This document shows positions 26,531 through 39,592 of a stretch of DNA of 64,000 nucleotides, piece after piece (the first letter of the stretch is position 1; each line of letters opens with the position of its first letter). Origin of the DNA: Prorocentrum cordatum (taxonomy: Eukaryota). The translations under genes were made by a program, and so were the position numbers. Below the pieces are notes generated by a model that had not been told where the DNA came from, made no database searches, and saw nothing but the letters and a program-made list of their open reading frames with translations. The DNA is taken from positions 62,001 to 126,000 of the forward strand of contig CAUYUJ010000159.1 of NCBI GenBank assembly GCA_963575745.1, in the 5' to 3' direction.

Positions 26531-27322
26531 CAAGACCTGCGGCCGTAGTTGGTGTAAAACTAACATCAACACCAACATAGCACTCATGTGCACCAACATG
26601 TACAATCTGTCAAACATGATATTGAATTATAGGCCCCGTGGGAACCCCAAGAGCCGCAAAAAGCCTCCAAAGCCCGACCCCTCATCTACACTCAAAATGA
26701 GGTTCTCGCCCTGGCGCCGCGCAAATTCGTTTTCAAAATTAGCAGCGGTATCAAGGATCGCCTCCTCTCCCACCGATAGCCCTCCGCCCATGCCAAACAT
26801 TTCTGGGGGCCCTGACCCAGTGCCCAAGCACGGCGGCGGTGCCCAGTGCCCAGTGCCCAAAGGCGGCGCGCGCTGATGATAGCTCTGGCTCGGAGACGGA
26901 GCCCCCCCCCCCCCCCCTTTCGGACGCGACCCGGCCACGTGACATCCAAACGGCCAAGAAGCCTCACGCCTGTCAGGCCTGTCCTCCTCGTTCGCCTCTT
27001 CATTATAGTTCTCCTCCTCCTACTCCTTCCCCTCCTCCACCTCCTCCTCTTCCTCCTCTTGCTACTCGTCCTTCTCCTCATGGTCCTCCTTCTCCTCCTT
27101 TTTCTCCTCCTCCGCCTCCTCCGCCTCCTCCTCCTCTTCCTCCCTCTCCCCCCCCTCCTCCTCCCCCTCCTCCTCCTCCTCCTCCTCCTCCTTCTCCTTT
27201 CGCATCCTCCTCGGTTCCCCACGGAAACGCGGCCATCAACTTCGGCACGGTCGCCCGGCGAGGTAACAGTGGTTTTGATCACAGAGTCGCTCCCGGACCC
27301 GTTCCAGACAGCTGGCCCTGTG

Positions 27323-27440
27323 GACGGCGGCGTTCCTCGGGACGATCCTGGGAAAACTGACAACGGCGGTGCTCCTCGGGGCGATCCTGGGAAAACTGAC
27401 GACGGCGGTGCTCCTCGGGACGATCCTGGGAAAATTGACG
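27323..27440 (+). repeat. 39-bp tandem repeat x3 (DDGGAPRDDPGKT in ORF 26846-27808)
   Basis: Units at ~27323, 27362 and 27401. Confidence 0.9.
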
Positions 27441-27478
27441 CTCCAAAGGCAGGTTCCTTCTCGTCCTGCTGCTGCGAT

Positions 27479-27517
<39 letters not shown>

Positions 27518-27991
27518 CCCTACTCCTCCTCCCGCCCTTCTCGTCCACCTCGTCATCAGGCTGCAGGGCGGTGGCGCAAAATCGTTCGCACGGCGATCCG
27601 CGAGATGTCCAAGACAACAAACCAGGTGCTCGACGTCCTTACCGATGTCGAAAAGGCTTTCGGTTCAGAGGCCTCCTGCTCGTCCAGCCCCTCTTCTTCT
27701 CACCCCTTCCCCTCCACCGCCCCCCCCCCCCGCTCCCCCTCGGCTGACGACGACAACTCGGGGCAACAACAAGCGCTGTCGGAGGCGTCGCGGGCCGCGC
27801 CAGCGTAGCCAACAGGGCGACGTGAAGGGGGCGAGGGGACAAGGGAAAGACGAAGAAAACGGGGAGGAGAGGCCGGCAGAGGCCGAGAGAACGAGCGAGA
27901 ATGATGAAGCGGAGGAGGGCGAGGGTGAGGGGCAGTAGGGAACGCGCCAGTCGCGCCGACGCGCCCCACCCGCGGCGCTCGCGCCCCCCGC

Positions 27992-30900
27992 TCAGCGGAC
28001 GCCGCCCTCGGCGGCCCGCGGAGCGCGAGGCAGGCTCGGCGCGGCGGCGGCGATCCGCGCCCGCTTGGCTGGCGGACCGCCCTCGGGCGCCCCGCGGGTG
28101 GCCGCTGGCGGCCAGCAGCAGGGGCGGGGGCCACGGCCAGCGGGCGCAGCAGCCGCCGCACGGCGCCGCCGCTTCGCCTCCTGGCCGAACTCGCCCTCCT
28201 CGGCGGCGCTGCTGCGGCCGCGAGCGGCCCGCAGGAGGAAGGCGACCTTGTCGTCGAAGCTTGCCTCCGCAGGGAGTCCACGGGGAGGCGAGGACGGCTT
28301 CGCGCCCGTGGCGCACCTCGCCTCCCTTTCATGCTCCCCTGTCCCGCAATGTATCACAGGATGCGGGCAACTGTCTGAACCAGCCGAAGGACCTGGGGGA
28401 GCCGCTCCCAGCAGGACTGGCTCCCCCAGGTCTGCCGTCTCGAGGACCGTGTCGCCCAGCGCGTCCTCGATCGCGTCGTCCAGCGCGGAGTAGGACTCGA
28501 CGCAGGTGGCGTCGTCCAGCACCTCGCACCCCAACACAGCGTCGGCGAGGTCACGGGGACCTGACCCTTCTAGGACTGCTGCCCCAACCAAGTCGCTCCC
28601 CACGCCAGCCCCCCGCTCGACGTCGGTGGCGCGGGGCCTTGGCGAGAGCCGCTTTGGGATCAGCGGTTCGCACGAGGTTAGGCCGATCTCCCGCACGGAT
28701 CGACCCGCAGCACCCACGCCTCCACGAACAGCTTCACCTATTATGGCGTCGTCCAGCATGTGGTGGCCCACCCCGTCCCGCATGACAACGGCCTCCGTGC
28801 TCATCGCATGTGGGATGGCTGTCCCCTCTATGACTGTCGCCTCAGATACTGAGTCGCTCATCACAACAACCTCCTGCTCTGCGTCGACGGCGTGGGGCCT
28901 CGGCGAGAGCCGCTCTGGGATCAGCGGTGCGTACGAGGTCTGGCCGATCTCCCTCATGGATCGTTCCGCAGCTCCCACGCCTTCCCAAAGAGCAACCTTA
29001 CCCATGTCGTCCGTCACGTAGTGGTCCACCTCGACTGTCTCGCGGCGGCCTTCCTCGACCAGCGCAGGGGGAACCTGGCCTCCTCGTCGCTCTGCGGCCC
29101 GAGCAGCAGCTCGTGCAGCACGACGTCGACGAGCCAGTAGCCTCGGACCAATCACCAGCTCGGCCTCCTTCCTCACGAACCTGCGCTGCCCACTGACCTT
29201 CGGCCACAGGCCTCGTGCCAGCCGCTGGAGGTAGTCGCGACCAGCCCGCGAGGGGCGCCCCAGGCATCTGGCCCGCAGGCCTAGACCCACCACGCGGCCT
29301 GCAGCGGCCACGAAGCACCCGCAACAGACACAGGACCACGCGTCCAGGCGCTCGTGAAGTCGTAGAAAATGGGGAGCGTGAGGCCTGCCTCCTCCGATAT
29401 GCGGGAGGCCTTCCCGCAACAAGAGTGTGGAGGGCCCATCACGTAGCAGCCCTGGGCAACGAGATGCCATCCACTGCGATCGCATGGAGCGGGAAGCTGA
29501 ACACCTGCATCTCAAGCAGCTGCCTCGGCTGCCCAGCGCGTGCGACGAGCCGAAGGCCTCGACCATGCTGGGTGCAGGTGGGGCCTGTCGCCGTCGCCTC
29601 GCCCGTCGCACCGATGGCGTGAACTCGGCCTCGGCGCTCAGCGCGTCCAATGTAGCCCGCAACAGGCGCCGTCTGACCACCGGCGCCATCTGCTCAGCCT
29701 GGAGCACTCGCCCTCTCTCGGTGGCAGGGAGACGGGCCAGCTCAGCGGCCTCACCTGCAAGGACGTCGGCGACCGCATTGCCCATGATCAGCCAGGGCGG
29801 GAGACCCCGCCGCGCGGCCTCGTCCATGTCCAGGTGCGAGTTCACGTGCTCCACTACGAACTCCGACCTGTCTCTCGCCAAGAAGAGCTGGCCCAGCAGG
29901 GCCCACAAGTCGCAGTCAGCACCCTGCGGCCGCTGGTCACGTCGGCTCCACCAGCCCATGCAGACAGCCAGATTGTCGGAGATGTAGACCGTCGGCCCTA
30001 GGGGGCCCTGCGCCGCAAGCACCAGCGCCCGTAGCTCCCCGCGGTGTACGGTCTGCACGGGGCCGCTGAGGCTGCCCCAGACGGCCTTCTCCAGCGTGCC
30101 GTCGAGCGGGTGGATCTTGGCCACGGCGAGCCCGACTCGCCGAAGATGAGGCACCTGCCCTTCACGTCCCCCGCTGGCGTCGCCGAAAAGGACGAGGGGG
30201 TCGAACTCGGAGCCATGTCCAAGCTCACCAGGGGCAACGCCGTCTGCACGATGACCCTGCAGGAAGATCCACGTGTCGCCATCGGGCGGGGCACTGACCT
30301 CCGTCCATCTGGCAGGGGGGATGCCCCTGAGCCAGAAGGCGGCGTGCGCCTCATGGTCGGTAGCCGCTCGGCCGCTGAACTCGTCGCTGTCGTCATATGC
30401 CTTGCTGCCTGTATTGCACGGGCAGCTCCAGCATCTGTGGTAGGCAGTCTCCTCATCGACTCCACAGCGCGGGCACGACAGGAGCTCAGCGTCGCCGAAC
30501 ACCTCCCTCTTTCTGGCTCGCGGCCACGCGCCTCCGACAGCGATGGTGGCGAGCAGCTCTTCAAGCGCAGGCCCTCCTGGGAGTCGCCTGAGCCTTTGAA
30601 GGAGACTCTGCAGGGAACGCATGTCCGCCCCTCCCTCCAGGCCAGCTCCGCACCAATGACCTGCCGCGCGCTGCCACAGGTCCTCCTGGACAGAGGCGTC
30701 GAAGGCGTCAAGGATGGCCTGGCAGGAACCCTCGGTGATGCTGGCCGCGTCGGGAAAAGCCCACCTTTCACGAGAACCATCCTGAAGGTGTCGTTCCCAA
30801 CCACGAGGGCCCACAGGGCGCCAGCCGCACTGCAACAGCATGACCTGCAGGGCGGAGATGGGGCCACGCACCAGCCTCGACCTCTCCTCGGGAGGGGCTT

Positions 30901-32023
30901 CGCGTAGCCTGGTATGGATGGGGATCCAGGCGCGCTCGACCCGCTGGCGTACCTCCTGGCTGCCTCTCCACACCTCGAACCAGTTCTTGAGGAGCGCCCG
31001 AGGGAGGCGCCGTGCGGGGTCAAGGGCTCCCGCGCGGAAAGCCAGCTGCGTGGTGAGGCACCTCCCACGCTTGACGGCGCCAGTGACTGACGCGAGCCGC
31101 CTTCGCAGCTCTGCCAGCCTGCTGCCGAAGGCGCCGAAGATCTCGAGGCCGTAGGTCGCTGCCGTCTGGAGTCCGACCTTCTCGACGAACCCGCACTTCA
31201 GGTACTGCCTTGACGCCTTGGCCATGCCTCGGAGCCGCTTGCTCGCTTGCCTCGTCTTGCCGAAGCGCTTCGAGATCGCGGGGAGCACTGGCCGTCTGCC
31301 CGCCGCAAGGTCGACTCCTAAGCACGTGCCGAAGGAGGAAGCCTGGACGATGAACCCGTGCTGCTTGACAATCTTGGCGACCTTGCGGGCGTCCTCCAGC
31401 TGCGAGCACACCACAACACTCTTGGGGGAGAGCGCCAAGCCCTCCTGCTGCACGCCCTGCCCGAAGTCGCGGATTCCCTGCGAGACGGCAGCGACCGCAG
31501 CGGGGCGAGGACCCACCGCGGAGAGGGAGAGGTCATCCACCCAGATCCGCGACGGCAAGAGCTGAGGCATCCCCTGCGGGGCCCCCGTGGCGAGCCGCTC
31601 CATGGTGAAGTACGTCATGCACCTGCCAAAGCGCGTGCCCGACCGCACTCCTTGGACGACCGACTGAGAGGGGATCACGATCCGCGAGGCCAAGCCGTCC
31701 TGCAGCAGGACGCGCCCCGCCATGCACTGCTGCAGCTCCAGGGCCAGGACGGCGGGCGGGAATCCGCGCCGAAGAGCGGCCCTGGCCAGCCCCGCCCACG
31801 GCATGCTGTCATAGAACTTCTGAATGTCCACCAAGCCGTGCGCGTAGGAAACGCCCATGGCCGCATAAGATTCCTCGCACACGGCCCTGGCGAAGGCCTC
31901 CCGCAGCGAGGAGTTGCCAGCCACGGCCGCATCCCACGCTGGGGCCGTGCGACGCGACCACTCTCGCATGGCGTCCTCCCTGACCATGCTCCAGCAGCGC
32001 GTGACCATGCTGAGGACGCCCAT
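27992..32023 (-). mobile_element. 5'-truncated LINE: RT, Zn knuckle, RNase H and Cys/His-rich C-terminus in one 1343-aa open frame
   Basis: RT: LVDIQKFYDSM, SVVQGVRSG, IWVDDLS, CLGVD. Zn knuckle: CPRCG...ETAYHRCWSC. RNase H: LFGDASGG, QTVHRGELRAL, YISDN, HVNSH, GNAVADVLA. Starts mid-RT against a (GAG)n tract. Confidence 0.9.
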
Positions 32024-32025
32024 GA

Positions 32026-32490
32026 AGCGGAGGAGGGCGAGGAAGAGGAGGAGGAGGAGGAAGAGGAGACGGAGGAGGAGGACTCACATGTTAGTGGCTG
32101 CGAGTGTTTCTGGGGAGCTGCTGGAAGAGCAAGAGGATGATAATGAGAAAGACGAGGAGGCGGAGGGGGAGGAGGACCACGACGACGATGACGAAGAAGA
32201 GGAGCAGGATAATGAGGAGGAGGAGGAGGAAGATGCTGCCACGACCTGGCCTCGAGACGGAGCAGGCTGGACCCGTGTCCGCTCCGCGACGCCCGCAAGG
32301 AATCTTTTCATTTGCATCGTCCCTCTCCTCCTCCTCCTCCTCCTCCTCCTCCTCCTCCTCCTCATCCTCCCCCTCCTCCTCCTCCTCCTCCTCCTCCTCC
32401 TCCTCCTCCAACTCCCCCTTCTCCTCCTCCCCCTTCCCCTCCCTCGCCTCCTCCTCCTCCTCCCCCTCCTGCTCCTTCTCCTCCTCCTCT
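32026..32490. repeat. (GAG)n tract and an opposing (CTC)n tract separated by ~90 bp of unique sequence
   Basis: Directly visible. Confidence 0.9.
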
Positions 32491-32999
32491 CGCGCCGCCG
32501 GCTCCCGAGTGGGACTGGCACCCCCTGCGCCCAAAGGGGGCCGACGGCGATGCTGGAAAGAGGTCAGTCCGGCGGGGACTAACCGAGAAGCAGGTTAATT
32601 CGCTGGCGCTCTCTAGGAAGAGGAGGAGGAGGGAAAGGGAGAGGGGAGAGAGCGGAAAGGGGCGGGGGGCGGGAGCGGTAGGGGCGGTCGTGCCGGTGGT
32701 CGTTGTGGTGGTCGGAGTGCTGGTGGTCGGTCCGTGCTGGTGGTCGGAGAGGCGGTCGTGGCGGCCTTGGCGATAGCCGGGCTGGTGGTAGTAGTGCTGG
32801 AGGCGGCCGGGCTGCGGTGGCTGCGTGATTTGTTCGCCGTGCTGGGGAAGGCCACGGTGGTCGTGGCGGTGGCCGCAAGAGCCGCGGTGGTGGCTACGGC
32901 AGTTGGTGGCGGCTGTCGTCGCCAGGGTTGCCGCATTGGTCGGCGCGGCCGCTGGTGTTGGCCGCGGGAGCGGTGGTCCTTGTCCTGGTGCCTGCATCC

Positions 33000-33980
33000 G
33001 CCTCCTCCTCCTCCTCCTCCTCCTCCGTCTCTTCCTGCTTCCCCCTCTTCCTCCTCCTCCTCCTCCTCCTCCTCCTCTTCCTCCTGCTCCCCCTTCTCCT
33101 CCTCCTCCTCCTCCGCCTCCTCCTTCTCCTCCTCTTCATCCTTGCCCTCCCCTTCCGCCTTCTGATCCTCCTCCTTGTCCGCCTCCTCCGCCTGCTGCTG
33201 CTTCTCCTCTTCCTGCTCATCCTCGTCATCTTCACCATCTGCCTCGTCCTACTCATCATCCTCCTCATATTCCTCCTCATCATCTTCCTATTCCTTCACA
33301 TCCTCCTCCTCCTCCCCCTTATCCTCCTCCTCATCCCTCCGCCTGCTGCTGCTTCTCCTCTTCCTCCTCCTCCTCCTCCTCCTCCTCCCTCCTCCTCCTC
33401 CTCCTCCTCCTCCTCCTCCCCTCTCTCCTCCCCCTCCCCCTCCCCTCCACCTCCTCCTCCTCCTCTCCTCCTCTTCCTCCTCCTCCTCCTCCTCCTCCTC
33501 TCCTCCCTCCTCCCCCTCCCCCCCCCCCCCCCCCCCCTCCTCTCCTCCCCATCCCCCTCCTCATCCTCCGCCTCCTCCTCCTTCTCGCATATTCCTCCTC
33601 CTCATCCGCCTCATCCTCATCCTCATTATCATCCCTCCTCCTCCTCTTCCTCCTCCTCCTCCTCCTGCTGCTCATTATCCTCCTCCCCATCCTCAACATC
33701 CCTCTCCTCCTCGTCCTCCTCCTCCTCCTCCTCTTTCTCTTCCGCCTCCTCCTCCTCCTCCTCCTACTCAATATCTTCATCATTATCCTCCTTCCTCTCC
33801 TCCCCCCTATTCCCCATCCTCCTCATCCTGATCCTCCTCCGCCTCCTCCTCCTCGCCCTCAAGTCCCAAGCATCCTTCTCGTCGTCGTCGTAATCCTCCT
33901 GCGCTCGTACCACGGCGAGCACGGTCTCATCCACTGCTACTGCTGCTGCTACTGCTAGAGCTACTGCTACTGCTGCTGCT
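33000..33980. repeat. (TCC)n-dominated microsatellite block ending in (CTG/CTA)n
   Basis: Directly visible. Confidence 0.95.
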
Positions 33981-36900
33981 CCCACTCCTGCACGGGCGGG
34001 GCTGCCTCGCAGAAGCCGCTGGACGGCTGGCGCGCGGGGTGGCCGCATGCGGGCGCGGCGCGGGCGCAGTACGATAGAGCGAAGAACGGAGTTGAGGAAG
34101 GAGGGCGAGGGGGGGCTTCCCAAGAGAGAGGGTGGGGCTCGACATGGGCAAGAGTAAAACAGTAAAAAGCAGAGACAATTACCTTCGAGGATTCTGCAGT
34201 GGGACGACGGAGGCCTAATCGGTGAATGGGGCATTCTGGAAACGGGCGGCCGTGAAACCCCTGTAATAACCCCGAAAACCGAGGACAGACAAGGTAGCGG
34301 CCCTGGGAGTCGCAACCAGCTGCGCGCTCAAACATGCATTTCTGACACTGCTGGAATCGCGATTGTGTGGTCCAGGCTCCAGCGAGTGTGTTCAGCACAG
34401 CTTGCCTCCGCGCTGGAGGAAGAGTCAATACCGCAGTCTTGACCTGCGGCCAACAGATCGCGCCCAACTGCCTTGGAGGAACATTGGGGAGGAGGTGGGC
34501 GAGACGGGCGCGGAGCGTCGGAGCGAGCGAGGGGGGGAAGATAGACGACTTGAGGCTCTCGGCAGCGGCGCGCTGGATCTTCTTGCCATCACGCTGGGCC
34601 CCCGGCGCGCGCTGTAAAGCGCGGCGGCCAGCCTTCGCAACGTGCGGATCGTTGCTGAATCCTGTCGACGCTGCATGCAAAGTGTCGCATATCGGGGGCT
34701 CTGTCCAGAATTCTGGGCAGCGACGGCCTTTTCTCATATCTTCAAGGGGGAGCTCGGTCCCCGCCTCCGAGAAACGAGCAACGCAAGACCGCCAAACCGA
34801 GAACGTGCTAATTGACGCTCGAATGAGCGTCGCCAGGTTGAGCACTAGAACACTTCTGAGGCGAGGGCCGCCCCAGCTTTCGAGAGAAAAGAACGCCTGG
34901 CGAGACAGCGAGCAGTGCGGCATCTTTAAAATCGAAGCGAAAAGCGCATGCTCTTTCGGAAGCACTGTCTTGGGAATCCGACAGAACTGAGCGATGTACC
35001 CCAAACAGGAGAGAGCACGCGAGTCGTATAGTGTGGTGGCGACAGCTGCGGGCGCTCCCGACTGGGCAATGCTGTTCGAGCGTTTCGCCCATTTGGCCAC
35101 GGGCGCATCCCAAGACGACGGGGGCGCAGCAGGGCCAAGAAAGACTCCTAAATAGAGCAGCTTGGGGACTATACATATATCTGTCCACTCGGGCAAGTGC
35201 TGATTGATCCAATTCTTATATGTCCAAGCGACTGCCTCCGAGAAGGGACCGCGTAAAGGCACTAGCTTACATTTACTCAGTTCGAGGGTTAGATTGGCCA
35301 CCCGTTTCGAAGCCCGAAAAACCGCATATAATTTTCTGAGGGCGGTCAGATCTCGAATCGCACTGCCTTTATCGTCCGCGCAGGCCCTCACGAGGCCCAA
35401 CTGCTTCTTCTCGGGGAGGGTTTCGAAGTGCTCGACGAAAGGATGAGACGCCACCGCATATAAGGCCCCGCTCGCTGGACACCCTTGGACAATCCCCGAC
35501 TCGACGAGGTAAAGGAAAACCATGCACTGCCCGAGCTGGCCGTAGCACGCGACCTGCGCGTAAATAAACTCCAGAAAATCGAAGAGGGGCTGGGGGGGGG
35601 TGAGCAATTTTAGGATGAGGAAGATCCAGCGCTGGGAGATGGAGGGGAAGGCCTGGCCGCAGTCGAAAGAGAGAAGAGCAGGGAGCCTGGAAGTGCATTC
35701 TGGCATCGTCGAAGTGATCCGAACCTCGGTATCGAGCTCAATTATGTTGTCCCCGAAGTTTCGCTTCGGCACGAAGCCCCTCTGAGCCTGATTTATGAAT
35801 CCTGGGAGAGCCCGCGTCTGAGGCTGCATGGCCACCGAGGTTGAGATCTTGCAGTCTGTGTTCTTTAATCCCAGGGGGCGGGTTCCACTGGCATCTCGGA
35901 TCACTTTGTCACTGTCCTCGGGCTCGGAGCCCTTGACCAAGAAAGCGCCAAGCATCTGGTTGAAACCGAAGAGGGGAGGGTTGCCTGCCAGGTTCCAGTC
36001 CAACGTGCTGCACAAAACCTTCGGGCCCGCGGTGTGATATTTCCAGGCCCAATATGGCAGGCCATCTGGCCCAGGAGCGCTCGGCGAAACTCTGTCCAGG
36101 AAACGAGCAATACTAGCTTCCGAGGGTGGCGGCGGCCCTGAAAGATCGACGCTTGGCTTGAACCTCTGGGCGCACTGGAGGGCGGCAGGCTTGTCGACCT
36201 CCGACTTCGCAAAAACTGGACCCCAATGCTGAGCCAGACCTGACAAAATCTCGTTCGGCTTCGAGGTGACCGTGTCCTGGGCCGCCCTGAGGCCCTGCAG
36301 TGGGAGCTTTCTGTTCGAATGGAGACCAAAGACGAGCCCGGACCTGGAGGCTTTTGAGGCGCTTGGCGAATTTGGTCTGCTTGTGCCGAGTGGAACATTG
36401 CCAAGTTGGCCTCGTTCGCCTCAGCGTGCAAGCTGATCGGGTCAGTGATGCTCACGCTCTGCTGCTGAACATCTAGGCTGATAAACTTGCGGCCGAAGGG
36501 GTGCGACAAGACAATGCGCCTGGCCAGCACCATATCCTGATTCCAGACTGCTCTGGCACTAGTGCGGCACGCATCATAACGAGAGAGAGGATCGTGAGGT
36601 TTACAAGTGAGAAGCCGATTACGTGCGTGACGTGCAGCTTCGAACATAAGTTCCTTGCGAAAGAGGAGTCGGAGAGGTGGAGAGAGAACACTATCGTCTA
36701 TCTGTGCCAGCACGGACTCAATAAACTGCTGGTACTCGCGTCGCTTGAAGATATCTTGATGGATTCGTCGGTCCTTTGGCGGAGTCTGGGAGCGAGGTGT
36801 GAGGATCACGCTGATCGCAGCGTGGTCGGGCAGCTTTGTCTTAGCAAGCACCTCGGGGTATCCGTGGACGCGAGCACCCGTGCACATCTGGGTGATGCAC

Positions 36901-37670
36901 CAGCCTGGCGCTGACACGAGTAACCTATCCAGTTTCCCGAGAGTCCCCCGAGCGGCGCAGAAATGGGTCGGGTCTCCAGGATCGATTTCGACGAGCTTCT
37001 TGAGAGCGGCCTTCCAGGGGCCTCCAGAGCGGATGGGCTGAGACGAGTGCTTATCGGGGTCCTGAGAGGGGATCTTCTCTGGGTCCTGAGAGAGGGATAT
37101 ACCAAGCTTGGAGAGGGAGAGGTCATTTAGCGCCTTCGGGGGCTCGTCCGAGAAATTGAAGTCGCCACCTACGAGGATGAAGCCTTTCAAGGGGTCCTCC
37201 GAGGCCTTGCTGTAGTCCAGGGTGATAGTTTCTAGGATGCAGTTTCTCTGAGCCGACGTCAACCCGTGGTTATGAATGTTGAAATGCGATACCCAAACAC
37301 CGTTAGTAAACAAAACTCGAACATTCACGGCACGGCCCCTGACAAGCTCAATCGGAGTGACTACTGGGCGCCTCGCAGCACCGTGGGTCTTGTTGAAATC
37401 TGGCAAGATGGTAATCACCCCGCCAGCTGGATGAGCAGAGACAGGAAATAGAGAGAAGAATGCCTGGAACGGGCGATGCATGTGGAACAGCATATCCTTG
37501 ATTTCAGCCTCAGACCCGTGAGATTCCTGAATCCCCAAGGTGGTACCAGGTCCCAGGAGAGACTTCGCATAGCGGATTTTGCGGCCCTTGATCTTCTGCT
37601 CATGGTGGAACAGAGCTTGGGCATTCCAGGAGCAGAACGAGAGAGGGGAGGCCGAAGAAGAAGAACTGCT
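33967..37670 (-). mobile_element. L1/Tx1-like LINE ORF2 (APE and RT) with a frameshift at ~36310-36340; ORF1 absent
   Basis: APE: SWNAQAL, GIQESH, NIHN, GGDFN, LDRLLV, PDHAAI. RT: SAPGPDG, RPLGLKNTDCKI, QRGFVPKR, LSFDCGQAFPSI, GIVQGCPASG, ACADD, LYLGV. C-terminal CQKC...YLVC. Confidence 0.9.
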
Positions 37671-37704
37671 CCATGCCGAAAAGAGCGGGTTAAACCCGCC
37701 ACGA

Positions 37705-37812
37705 TACTCGTCGTCGTAATCCTCCTCCTCCTCATCATCATCATCAGCAGCATCATCAGCATCAGCATCAGCATCAGCATCAGCGTCATCATCGTCATCA
37801 TCGTCATCATCG

Positions 37813-37880
<68 letters not shown>

Positions 37881-38250
37881 GTCAGCATCAGCATCATCAT
37901 CATCACCCTCCTCCTCCTCCTCCTCCGCCTCCTCCTCCCACTCCTCCTCATCGTCTTCCTCCTCCTCCTCATCCTCATCCTCAGCCTCCTCTTTCTCCTC
38001 ATCATTATCTGCTCCTCCCCCTCCTCCTCCTCCTCCTCCTCCTCCTCCTCCTCCTCCTTCTCCCCCCCCTTCCTCCTCATTCTCCACCCTCCTCCTCCGC
38101 CTCCTCCTCCCATTCCCCCTCCTCCTCCTCCTCCTCCTCCTCCACCTCCTCCTCATATTCCTCCGCCTCCTCCTTCGCCTCATCCTCCCCTCCTCCTCTC
38201 CTCCTCTCCTCCTCCTCCTCCTCCCCCTCCCATCCTCTTCCCCCTCATCC
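37705..38250. repeat. (TCA)n/(TCC)n microsatellite
   Basis: Directly visible. Confidence 0.95.
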
Positions 38251-38267
38251 TCGATCGATCATCGAAT

Positions 38268-38495
38268 CGATCGAATCAAAATCTCGAATCGCGAAAACAG
38301 GTATCGACCTCTGAACTCGAGGGCACAAAAAATCAGAATCCATCAAAATCAATGAAAATTCGTCGCAATCCATCAAAATCCATCAAACATCAAAATCCCA
38401 TTGATTCCTGATGGATGTTGATGGATTCTGACTTTTTTGCCCTCGGACTCAGAGGTCGAAACCTGTCTTCGCGCTCTGAGCTTGATTCGATCGAC
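38268..38495. mobile_element. Foldback/MITE-like element with ~80-bp imperfect inverted repeats
   Basis: 38268-38348 (CGATCGAATCAA...ACAGGTATCGACCTCTGA...GAGGGCA...TCAGAATCCATCAA) matches the reverse complement of 38419-38495. Followed by (CGACGAT)n to ~38575. Confidence 0.75.
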
Positions 38496-38754
38496 GATCG
38501 ACGACGATCGACGACGATCGACAACCGACGATCGACGATGGACCTTCGACGGACGACGATCGACGATCGACGACGAACTGAGGGTACCGTGAAGGGGGAA
38601 CGGGGGGAGAGACGCAAATCCCACCAGCTCTTTAGGGCGTGAGTGGTTTAGAGAGCCCGTCCTGTACAACCCCCTTCTTCCCCTTCGGGCAGGGGTTTAC
38701 CCCTCCCCCTACCCTCTCCCCCTGGGTCTAGTGGGAGGGTTTCGCGGGTCGTCA

Positions 38755-39330
38755 GGGCGCCCAAGATGGCCCAAGATGGCCTCAAGAAGGCCCAAGAGAG
38801 CTCAAGATGACCTCCACTATCGCTCAAGATAGCCCTCGATGGCTCAAGATAGCTCCCAACATGCCTGCAATATGCTCCAGGACCGCCCCAAGACGGCTCC
38901 AAGTGGCCACGGAGCCTCCCAAGGACGCCTCCGAGAGGCCCAATTCTTTAAAACACCTAAAGCAAATCAATGTCGTTGGCTTTCCCGCCTTCTCGCTTCC
39001 AATGGGCTTTTGAGGCCTCAAGATGGCCCCAAGATGGCCCAAGAGAGCCCCAAGACTGGCCCAAGGGAGGCCCAAGACGGGCCCAAGAGCGCCCCAAGAG
39101 CGGCCCAACAGAGCCCCAAGAGGCGATCTTTCGGGTTTCGAGAGGGGGGGGCGTAATTGACGATGCTCTCTTTTTTGAGCCGTGGCCTCCAAGGTGGTCC
39201 CAAGAGACCTCCCAGACCCCCCAAAAGAGCCCCACGACCCCCCAAAAGAGCCCCAAGAGCGCCCCAAGAGGCACCACGGGGACCCCAAAAGGGCCCAGAG
39301 ACCCCCAAGAGATCCCCAAGAAGTCCCCGG
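38755..39330. repeat. Degenerate ~11-bp CCCAAGA-motif satellite
   Basis: Recurrent CCCAAGA/CTCAAGA at ~11-bp spacing. Confidence 0.85.
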
Positions 39331-39332
39331 AC

Positions 39333-39355
39333 CCGTCGTCGTCGTCGTCTTCGCG

Positions 39356-39420
<65 letters not shown>

Positions 39421-39457
39421 CGTCGCGGTCGTCGTCGTCGCGGTCGTCGTCGTCGCG

Positions 39458-39509
<52 letters not shown>

Positions 39510-39592
39510 TAGTCGTCGCGGTCGTCGTCGTCGTCGTAGTCGTCGTCGTCGTCGGGTGCGTCGTTGTGGTCCTCGCCGTTGTCGTCGTCGCC
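39333..39592. repeat. (GTC)n microsatellite
   Basis: Directly visible. Confidence 0.95.
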
